From the IMG/VR virus record IMGVR_UViG_3300006143_000348: a stretch of 64,000 nucleotides of DNA; one strand, written 5' to 3'. Shown here one piece after another: positions 57,068 through 64,000 of the stretch. Origin of the DNA: a virus (taxonomy: Duplodnaviria; Heunggongvirae; Uroviricota; Caudoviricetes). A program made the position numbers and the translations under genes. The notes beneath the pieces were generated by a model. The model was not told where the DNA came from. It searched no databases and saw only the letters and a program-made list of their open reading frames with translations. How positions within the stretch are numbered: position 1 is the stretch's first letter; each line of letters begins with the position of its first letter.

Positions 57068-57709
57068 ATGAAAAGAGATAACAGGGGCTATTATGACATT
57101 GATATTACATTGGATGAGATTCTTACTTCGGGAGGGATGGTCGAGGAACTGTTTTACTTAAAAGACCTGAAGCAGAGGAAATTGTTCCTGGATACGGACG
57201 TTGAACAGATTTCCGCCGGGAATATCGCGAAGCATATTATGCAGTACAATGCAGAGGACAAAGGGAAATCTATAGAAGAGCGCAAACCGATTATCCTTTA
57301 TGTCGCATCCAATGGCGGAGAAATAGACGCAGGGTTTGAGCTGATTGATGTTATTAGAGGGAGCAAGACCCCGGTGTACACGGTCAATCTCGGATATCAG
57401 TATAGCATGGGATTCCTTATCGGGCTTGCAGGGCATAAGCGGTTTGCAGTTCCGAATGCGAAGTTCCTTATGCATGATGGTTCGAACTTCATTTGGGATT
57501 CAGGGGCGAAAGCACAGGACAAGATGGAATTCCAGAAGAAAGTAGAAGCCCGCATCCGGCAGTACGTGGTTGAGCGTAGCCATATTACAGAAGAGGAATA
57601 CGACAGCAAACTTCGTGTGGAGTGGTATCTCTTTGCGGATGAGGCAAAGGAGAAAGGTTTCTGCGATTACATTTTGGGTGTAGACTGCGACATGGATGAC
57701 ATAGTTTAA
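57068..57709 (+). CDS. ClpP-family serine peptidase
   Basis: 'ILYVASNGGEIDAGFELIDVIRGSKTPVYTVNLGYQYSMGFLIGLAGHKRFAVPNAKFLMHD' matches the ClpP core, with the Ser in GYQYSMG and the His in MHD. The start at ATG 57068 follows ATAGGAGGATG. The track start 56936 is upstream. Confidence 0.8.
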   Translation: MKRDNRGYYDIDITLDEILTSGGMVEELFYLKDLKQRKLFLDTDVEQISAGNIAKHIMQYNAEDKGKSIEERKPIILYVASNGGEIDAGFELIDVIRGSKTPVYTVNLGYQYSMGFLIGLAGHKRFAVPNAKFLMHDGSNFIWDSGAKAQDKMEFQKKVEARIRQYVVERSHITEEEYDSKLRVEWYLFADEAKEKGFCDYILGVDCDMDDIV

Positions 57710-57719
57710 GGAGGCTTTT

Positions 57720-58547
57720 ATGGGCGAGTATCTTGGCTTTAAAAATATGAAAGTATCCGGGGATGAGGTCAATGACCTCTACCTCCCGGAATCAAACAAC
57801 ACATTTGGCTGTATCCAGAACGAATACATGATAGCCGTGGATGAAAATGAAAACTTAATTGATATGTTCAAATGCGATGGGTATGGGATGAGGAGGATTC
57901 CTTACAAAACAATCCAGACGCATTTCATGGGGAAGGTCAAACCCAGGAACCTTCAGCAGCATCTTGCCATCGACATGCTGTATGACGACTATATGACTGT
58001 CAAGATTATTGCGGGGAAATTTGGCACAGGCAAGGATTTTCTGATGTGCGCAGCAGCAATTGACCTCATAGAGCAGGAGAGATTTGAGAAAATCGTATAT
58101 GTGAGGAACAATATTGAGGTGAAAGATTCAAAACCCATCGGATTTCTGCCGGGGTCATATAATGAGAAACTTCTTCCTTTTGCCATGCCGCTTGCTGACC
58201 ATCTGGGCGGGGTTGACGGGTTAAGCTTCATGATAAGCCAGGGGAAAATTGACATTGTGCATCTCGGATTTATCCGGGGGCGCGATATTAAGAACTCCAT
58301 TATCATCTGCTCGGAATGTGAGAATATGACGAAAGAACATATCCAGTTGCTGCTTGGTCGTGTTGGGGATGGTTCGGCCTTATGGCTTAATGGTGATTTC
58401 AGACAGTGCGATGCGGATGTATTCAGGAAGAACAGCGGGCTTATGGAAGCAGTAGACAGATTGAAGGGACATCCACGTTTCGGATATGTGAAGCTGCTCA
58501 AGACAGAACGTAGCGAGACAGCGGAGATGGCTGATTTGTTGGATTAG
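57720..58547 (+). CDS. phoH: PhoH-family ATPase
   Basis: Walker A 'GKFGTGKDFL'. 'ICSECENMTKEHIQLLLGRVGDGSALWLNGDFRQCD' matches the PhoH signature (DEAQN.T....K..LTR.G..S...v.GD..Q.D). Confidence 0.85.
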   Translation: MGEYLGFKNMKVSGDEVNDLYLPESNNTFGCIQNEYMIAVDENENLIDMFKCDGYGMRRIPYKTIQTHFMGKVKPRNLQQHLAIDMLYDDYMTVKIIAGKFGTGKDFLMCAAAIDLIEQERFEKIVYVRNNIEVKDSKPIGFLPGSYNEKLLPFAMPLADHLGGVDGLSFMISQGKIDIVHLGFIRGRDIKNSIIICSECENMTKEHIQLLLGRVGDGSALWLNGDFRQCDADVFRKNSGLMEAVDRLKGHPRFGYVKLLKTERSETAEMADLLD

Positions 58548-58558
58548 GGGGTGTTGGA

Positions 58559-59125
58559 TTGACAATTCTTGTAGATATGGACGAGACAATCAGCGGGCTT
58601 TTGGATGCATGGACAGGATGCCTTAAAGGCAGGTATGGTATAGGTGTATGCCGGGATGATATTAAAGACTGGGACATGCAGAAAGCTTACCCTGAATTAT
58701 CGAAAGAGCAGATATATGCCCCGCTGTTAGAAGAATCTTTGTGGGAAAGTGTGGAGCCTCTGCCCGGCGCGGCACATTACATTAAGAAATTAATGGATGA
58801 AGGGCACGATATAGTGATTGTGACCGCATCGCATTATGACAGCATCAGGATGAAAATGAGGAACGTGTTGCTGAGGCATTTCCCATTTGTTCCATATGAA
58901 AATGTGATAATAACTTCGAGAAAGCAAATGGTCATGGGGGACGTCCTGGTTGACGACTATCCGGGGAATCTTATCGGTGGCAGTTACAGGGGAATTTTGT
59001 TTGATGTCCCGCATAACCGCAAGTTCGAGGAAGAGAAATATGGAATTATCAGGGCAAAATCATGGGATGATGTTTACAGTATTTTGAAGAGCATAGAAAA
59101 GGAGATACAGGATGATTGTAATTAA
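58559..59125 (+). CDS. HAD-family 5'(3')-deoxyribonucleotidase
   Basis: HAD motif I 'ILVDMDETI' lies at the N-terminus. A TTG start follows GGGGGTG. Sits among nucleotide-metabolism genes. Confidence 0.75.
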   Translation: MTILVDMDETISGLLDAWTGCLKGRYGIGVCRDDIKDWDMQKAYPELSKEQIYAPLLEESLWESVEPLPGAAHYIKKLMDEGHDIVIVTASHYDSIRMKMRNVLLRHFPFVPYENVIITSRKQMVMGDVLVDDYPGNLIGGSYRGILFDVPHNRKFEEEKYGIIRAKSWDDVYSILKSIEKEIQDDCN

Positions 59126-61367
59126 AAGAAATGGCCAGGAAGAGCGGTATAAGAAATGTAAAATACAAACTGCAGTTGAGAAGGCGGTAAAAGAAGTGAC
59201 TGGCGACAGCGGGTATCAAAATATTGCCGTATTAGTGTCCGATAGGCTGGATGCGCGGTACAGGGAAAGGAGCCAGGCACTGTCTGTTGAGGAAATCCAG
59301 GATGATGTTGAGATGGAACTTATGGTGGAACAGGCGTATGATATCGCGAAGGCGTACATCCGGTACAGGCACGAACATGAAATGATGAGGAACAGCAGTA
59401 CGATAGACGGGAAGATTCTGACATTGGTTGATGGTGTGAATGAGGTTGCCATTCAGGAGAATTCCAACAAAAATCCAGCCATCCAGTCGACACAGAGGGA
59501 CTATATCGCTGGGGAGGTAAGCCGTGATATGACAGCCCGCCTTTTGCTCCCAAAGGATATCCGCCATGCGGATGATGAGGGAATCATCCACTTCCACGAC
59601 TCAGATTACTTTGTGCAGCGCATGTTTAACTGCTGCCTGATTAATCTTGAGGATATGCTCCAGAATGGGACAGTCATCTCAGATACGATGATTGAAAAGC
59701 CCCACAGTTTCAGCACCGCCTGCAATGTGGCTACGCAGATTGTGGCACAGGTGGCATCGAACCAGTATGGCGGGCAGTCCATCAGCCTTGCGCACTTAGC
59801 GCCGTTTGTTGATATAAGCCGCCAGAAAATTAAGCAACAGGTAATGGAAGAATACATTGCGTTCACTGGGTGCGAACCTCAGGGTGAGGCTGAACTATCG
59901 GAATACATGAATATAGTTGATGCAAGGCTGCGGGAGGAAATACGCAAAGGGGTACAGACTATACAGTACCAGGTTGTCACGCTGATGACCACAAATGGGC
60001 AGGCACCATTCATTACGGTATTTATGTATCTTAATGAAGTCCGGGATGAGCAGACGAAAAATGACCTCGCTATGATTATTGAGGAAGTGGTAAGACAGCG
60101 GTATGAGGGCGTAAAGAATGAGAAGGGTGTATGGATTACCCCGGCATTTCCGAAGCTGATTTATGTTTTGGAAGAAGATAATATTACGCCGGACAGCAAG
60201 TATTGGTATCTGACCCAGTTGTGTGCAAAGTGTTCTGCAAAGAGGCTAGTGCCGGATTACATTTCAGAGAAAATCATGCTCCAGAATAAAGTTGACAAGA
60301 ATGGTGAGGGGCATTGTTATACCTGTATGGGATGCAGGTCATTCCTGACCCCGTATGTAGATGAAAATGGGAAACCTAAATATTATGGCCGCTTTAATCA
60401 GGGCGTTGTAACAATCAACCTTCCGGATGTAGCGCTGTCTGCCATACAGAGGATGGCTACAGACGGGGGTGCATATGTGGACGATGAACAGTGGGCGGAT
60501 GCGAGGGAAGAAATTTTCTGGAGGATTTTTGAGGAAAGGCTGGAGCTGTGCCACAGGGCATTGCGCCTTAGGCATGAAAGGCTGCTTGGGACGTTATCAG
60601 ATGCATCGCCAATCCATTGGCAGAATGGTGCGTTGGCAAGGCTGAAAAAGGGAGAGACGATTGACAGGCTGCTCTACGGCGGATATTCTACCATTTCTCT
60701 TGGATATGCCGGACTGTACGAATGCGTAAAGGCTATGACCGGGAAGAGTCACACGGACGAAGAGGCAAAACCGTTTGCGTTGCGTGTTATGCAGTATATG
60801 AATGATAAATGCCGGGAATGGAAAGCGGCAGAGAATATCGACTATTCTCTGTATGGGACTCCGCTGGAGTCCACAACATATAAGTTTGCAAAGAGCCTGC
60901 AGAAACGTTTTGGGGTAATTGAGGGTATTACGGATAAAGGATATATCACGAATTCTTACCATGTGCATGTGGCGGAGCATATCAATGCTTTTGAAAAGTT
61001 GGCATTTGAGGCAGAGTTTCAGTTGTTAAGCCCTGGAGGAGCAATCTCTTATATTGAAACATCGAATTTGAATGGAAATGTTGATGCTGTACTCGCGGTT
61101 ATGCAGTACATATATGAGCATATCATGTATGCAGAACTGAATACAAAGTCTGATTATTGCCAGGTATGCGGGTATGACGGGGAGATTTCCATTGTTGAGA
61201 ATGAGGATGGGAAACTTATATGGGAGTGTCCCTATTGCCGGAATAGAGACAAAAGTAAAATGAATATCGCACGCAGGACTTGCGGGTATATCGGCACGAA
61301 TGACTGGAACCAGGGAAGGACGCAGGAAATCAAAGAACGTTACGTGCATCTTGGGGGCGGTGAGTAA
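59112..61367 (+). CDS. nrdD: Anaerobic ribonucleoside-triphosphate reductase (class III RNR)
   Basis: An ATP-cone N-terminus (VIKRNGQEERYKKCKIQTAVEKA). A C-terminal Zn ribbon 'CQVCGYDGE...CPYC'. The glycyl-radical loop 'RTCGYIG' sits near the C-terminus. Confidence 0.9.
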   Translation: MIVIKRNGQEERYKKCKIQTAVEKAVKEVTGDSGYQNIAVLVSDRLDARYRERSQALSVEEIQDDVEMELMVEQAYDIAKAYIRYRHEHEMMRNSSTIDGKILTLVDGVNEVAIQENSNKNPAIQSTQRDYIAGEVSRDMTARLLLPKDIRHADDEGIIHFHDSDYFVQRMFNCCLINLEDMLQNGTVISDTMIEKPHSFSTACNVATQIVAQVASNQYGGQSISLAHLAPFVDISRQKIKQQVMEEYIAFTGCEPQGEAELSEYMNIVDARLREEIRKGVQTIQYQVVTLMTTNGQAPFITVFMYLNEVRDEQTKNDLAMIIEEVVRQRYEGVKNEKGVWITPAFPKLIYVLEEDNITPDSKYWYLTQLCAKCSAKRLVPDYISEKIMLQNKVDKNGEGHCYTCMGCRSFLTPYVDENGKPKYYGRFNQGVVTINLPDVALSAIQRMATDGGAYVDDEQWADAREEIFWRIFEERLELCHRALRLRHERLLGTLSDASPIHWQNGALARLKKGETIDRLLYGGYSTISLGYAGLYECVKAMTGKSHTDEEAKPFALRVMQYMNDKCREWKAAENIDYSLYGTPLESTTYKFAKSLQKRFGVIEGITDKGYITNSYHVHVAEHINAFEKLAFEAEFQLLSPGGAISYIETSNLNGNVDAVLAVMQYIYEHIMYAELNTKSDYCQVCGYDGEISIVENEDGKLIWECPYCRNRDKSKMNIARRTCGYIGTNDWNQGRTQEIKERYVHLGGGE

Positions 61368-61368
61368 A

Positions 61369-61917
61369 TTGTATTATGGGAAGATAGCAGACCTTGACAT
61401 TGCAAATGGGGCGGGCATCCGGGTATCACTTTTTGTATCAGGATGCAGGAATCATTGTAAGAATTGTTTTCAGCCGGAGACATGGAATTTTCAGTATGGG
61501 ACATTGTTTACGAAGGAAACGCAAGAACATATTATGGAACTGTTATCCAGACCATATATCCAAGGGATAACTTTACTGGGAGGAGAGCCAATGGAGCCAG
61601 AGAACCAGCCCGTGCTCCTGCGGCTGCTTCGCCGCATCAGGAGTACATACCCGGATAAAGATGTATGGTGCTATACAGGATATACACTTGAAAAGTTGCT
61701 GGATGATAAAGAACACTGCCGATGCGGGACTACAGATGACTTCCTGGGGATGATAGACGTGCTTGTGGAAGGAAAATATATAGATGAGCTGGCGGATATT
61801 ATGTTGAAGTTCCGGGGGTCATCAAATCAGAGGATAATTAATATGGATAAGACTAGAAAGGCTGGCAGGATTATATTATGGGAGGACGGGAATAGGTGGG
61901 AAAGTGTCCATTCCTGA
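61369..61917 (+). CDS. nrdG: Anaerobic RNR activating protein (radical SAM)
   Basis: 'LFVSGCRNHCKNCFQPETW' is the CxxxCxxC radical-SAM cluster typical of NrdG. A TTG start at 61369 is proposed (SD GGTGAG 5 nt upstream). The track start 61300 overlaps nrdD. Confidence 0.8.
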   Translation: MYYGKIADLDIANGAGIRVSLFVSGCRNHCKNCFQPETWNFQYGTLFTKETQEHIMELLSRPYIQGITLLGGEPMEPENQPVLLRLLRRIRSTYPDKDVWCYTGYTLEKLLDDKEHCRCGTTDDFLGMIDVLVEGKYIDELADIMLKFRGSSNQRIINMDKTRKAGRIILWEDGNRWESVHS

Positions 61918-62410
61918 CAAGCATGGCTGTAAAATGAATTGAATCACTTTTCGGACGAACTTTAGGACTATTTCAGGATTTCGCTTCATAAGTTAGAGAA
62001 ACGCAAAGGGGCAGTAAAAGGGAGGTGGCCGCTATTTCTAAAAAGAAAAAGTTGAATTATCGTTTTCATAATCCAAATACGCCAGAAGTCACGGCTGATT
62101 ACATAATCAAGGTACTGATGGAGGCGAATAAAAAGAAGCTTGAACAGGCCTTGAAAGAAGAGGTATTGAAGTGCGCCTGTAATGAATAAATGAAAAGATA
62201 GGAAGCCGCTGCAGGAGTGTAGCGGCTTTCGGTGTAATATGCGTTTCTGAAGGAATAGAAAAGAAGACAAAGATATTAAGTTTTATGAATGTTGTGTTAG
62301 TAATATAAAAACCAGAAGCCTGTTGATTTACTATCATCTTAGTGATATTATAATATTATGGAAAAGATTTTATAGCTTTAAAATGTTGCTTTTAGATGAA
62401 GGGGGTTAAA

Positions 62411-63742
62411 GTGGAAGAAAAGAGTTTAACGGTTTACGTTGCTAAATTAAAAAAGTTGAGAATACATGAGGTGCTTTTAGTTTTATTGGAAATTATTGCT
62501 ATGGGTGTTTGTACCATATATGTTTTTATGAGTACATTTAGTTCTAATGAAAAAATTTGTTTTTGGAATATAACACCTTCAATGATTGAATTAGTTGTAT
62601 TTATGCTGTCAGTTATCATGGCTTTAATTAATTCTGAAAGTACTAGGAAAAAAAAGAACATAGTTAAAGATTATTTGTCTGCATTAAATGATGAATCACC
62701 TTCAGAAATTGTAAATGGATATAAAATTAAGGCAGAGCAATTAATATCTCCGCTGGATATATACAAAGATAATATCAAAAGAGGAAAGAGGGTTACCCTT
62801 CATAATAAAAGAGAGGTCATTAGAAGTTATATATTATTTATTGGGGCACTAGTTATGGTTAGCGTTGCTGTTATTATTTTGTTTATATGCAATTTGAATT
62901 TTCCCATATTATTAGCGTGGGAATCATTGATTCTTTATTTTTTTATAATGTTAGATTTTTTTGCTTATCAAATAATTGTAAATAAGAGTGGTTCCAACGT
63001 TTTTTCGGAAAGGCATAAAAGTAAAATTTCTTTTGATAAAGTAAAGCGGTTAGAAGACATGAGATATTTACAGAAAATTTTATATATGCATCGCGATAGA
63101 TATGAGAATTATTTATTAACTTTGAAAATCTCTACCATTACGACAAATATATTATCAATTATTATTACAATTATTATTGAGGGGGATAATGAGAAAATAA
63201 AATACTGGTTTGGACTTAAAGATTCGCCTAAAATAATTCCAGTGATATTTGCTATCACTACAATTATTTTATATGTTATTAGCTTGATTTTTGGAAATAT
63301 AATGGATAAAAAAATTAATGACATGGGGGTATACATTTCGGCGTCGTATAATAAAAAAAATTATGAGAGTTTAAAACGAAAATTTCCAGATTTGTTAGAA
63401 TATAAAAACATATTAGATGGACATTCACTTGATATAGCAAGAGGAACATATGAGTATAATGTAGAAATAATAAACGACAGAGAAAAGCGAACTATAAATT
63501 ATACACATATATTTAGAGTAAAACAAAGGATTGTAAATAATATACCTAGAGTCAAATTAACTTCTGGAATTGCTTTCATTTTTTCAGCTTCTATTTTAGT
63601 ATGGTATAAAATGAACATTTTTAATATGGTATATGTTTGTATAATAACATTTATTGCATTTCTGTCTGCATATTTTGGTATGGTATTTTATAATCGTATA
63701 AAGTTTAATGATTGGGAAGCCTTCGTAAATCAAGAAAAATAA
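62411..63742 (+). CDS. Large multi-pass membrane protein, low-GC (hypothetical)
   Basis: Visibly AT-rich with Ile/Lys/Asn-rich codon usage. Several hydrophobic segments. A GTG start at 62411 follows AAGGGGG (the track's ATG 62396 lacks an SD sequence). GC composition drops sharply from about 62.3 kb onward. Confidence 0.65.
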   Translation: MEEKSLTVYVAKLKKLRIHEVLLVLLEIIAMGVCTIYVFMSTFSSNEKICFWNITPSMIELVVFMLSVIMALINSESTRKKKNIVKDYLSALNDESPSEIVNGYKIKAEQLISPLDIYKDNIKRGKRVTLHNKREVIRSYILFIGALVMVSVAVIILFICNLNFPILLAWESLILYFFIMLDFFAYQIIVNKSGSNVFSERHKSKISFDKVKRLEDMRYLQKILYMHRDRYENYLLTLKISTITTNILSIIITIIIEGDNEKIKYWFGLKDSPKIIPVIFAITTIILYVISLIFGNIMDKKINDMGVYISASYNKKNYESLKRKFPDLLEYKNILDGHSLDIARGTYEYNVEIINDREKRTINYTHIFRVKQRIVNNIPRVKLTSGIAFIFSASILVWYKMNIFNMVYVCIITFIAFLSAYFGMVFYNRIKFNDWEAFVNQEK

Positions 63743-63779
63743 ATTAGTAAAGTGTTGTTTTTTTATAATGGGGAATGAG

Positions 63780-64000
63780 ATGAATATTAATCCTGATAAA
63801 GTAAAAGAATTGATAATGCTGTTTTCAAAATTGGATGATGATTATCAAAAAGAATTAATGGGGAAAGCGTATGAACTATGTTTAAAGCAATCTCAAAAGA
63901 ATTTGATTAAACAAGAAGGTAAAAAATTTAAAAGTGAAGAAGAGTACAAAAAGGAAATCGAAGAAAGAAGTAGCGAAAGAGCTAAAGAATCACTGGAGTT
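63780..64000 (+). CDS. Hypothetical protein (partial, continues past window end), low-GC
   Basis: ATG 63780 follows GGGGAATGAG. The frame stays open to position 64000. Confidence 0.45.
   Translation, partial: MNINPDKVKELIMLFSKLDDDYQKELMGKAYELCLKQSQKNLIKQEGKKFKSEEEYKKEIEERSSERAKESLE

Noticed and set aside
62020-62190. Small ORF between nrdG and the low-GC membrane gene
   Set aside because: The only in-frame start candidates either abut the SD sequence or lie too far from it. The best ATG yields only 23 aa.

Overview
This 64-kb window is a mosaic prophage/phage-like accessory region, probably from a Firmicutes (Clostridia-type) host: codon usage looks Clostridia-like and most genes have GGAGG-type ribosome-binding sites. 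No virion structural genes fall in the window. What follows is read from the sequence alone, by eye; no similarity searches were run.

**Left end (1-6.1 kb, minus strand).** One operon encodes:
- a P-loop NTPase
- a 58-aa Cys-rich micro-ORF that the six-frame track misses
- a 914-aa protein with a 'GMDFDGD' motif, suggestive of a YonO/QDE-1-like single-chain RNA polymerase
- a Zn-ribbon protein
- a small basic protein
- a metallophosphoesterase, truncated at the window start

**6.1-10.9 kb.**
- An AT-rich divergent control region.
- A sigma-70 region-4-like regulator gene.
- A striking array of about 14 tandem repeats of about 86 bp, apparently non-coding.

**10.9-25 kb.**
- A nest of paralogous antirepressor genes (Bro-N, ORF6N/KilA-N or Rha N-terminal domains fused to ORF6C). 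It includes a roughly 2.6-kb segmental duplication: 11.4-13.9 kb matches 21.5-24.1 kb. Each copy carries a promoter, a structured leader of about 270 nt, a terminator, a small two-TM membrane protein and a recurrent palindrome plus 'TCAAGATAAAAA' upstream motif.
- Between the copies lie an HU-like protein, a secreted protein, and a two-gene insertion flanked by a duplicated 3' gene fragment.
- Dispersed ubiquitin-like-system genes: a ThiS/MoaD-like beta-grasp protein, a 504-aa unknown protein translationally coupled to a JAB/MPN metalloprotease, and an E1/ThiF-like adenylyltransferase.
- An Uma2 endonuclease and an acidic protein.

**26-31 kb.**
- A 379-aa retron/defence-type reverse transcriptase.
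- A 193-aa unknown protein and an AAA+ ATPase.
- All three genes have unusually long leaders (260-340 nt) sharing a hairpin motif.
- An IS110-family insertion follows.

**31-38 kb.**
- An SPFH/band-7 protein with a coupled micro-membrane protein.
- A small AT-rich integrase-containing module: HPr-like protein, tyrosine recombinase and a DUF4160 fragment, next to a tRNA-3'-end-like fragment.

**37-39 kb.** Three type I toxin-antitoxin-like loci. Two are tandem Fst-like toxin/antisense-sRNA pairs with co-varying direct repeats.

**39.4-47.7 kb.** A cysteine desulfurase, a COG1373-type ATPase, several hypothetical genes, a further antirepressor paralog and an HD hydrolase.

**47-62 kb.** A replication and nucleotide-metabolism module:
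- Bro-N/KilAC antirepressor
- ERF-like single-strand annealing protein, SSB, and Cas4/RecB-like nuclease
- DnaB, DnaG and a DnaE-type PolIII alpha
- ThyX-like protein, DUF550-like protein, ClpP, PhoH and a dNMP nucleotidase
- NrdD and NrdG

**62.3-64 kb.** A low-GC region with a large membrane protein.
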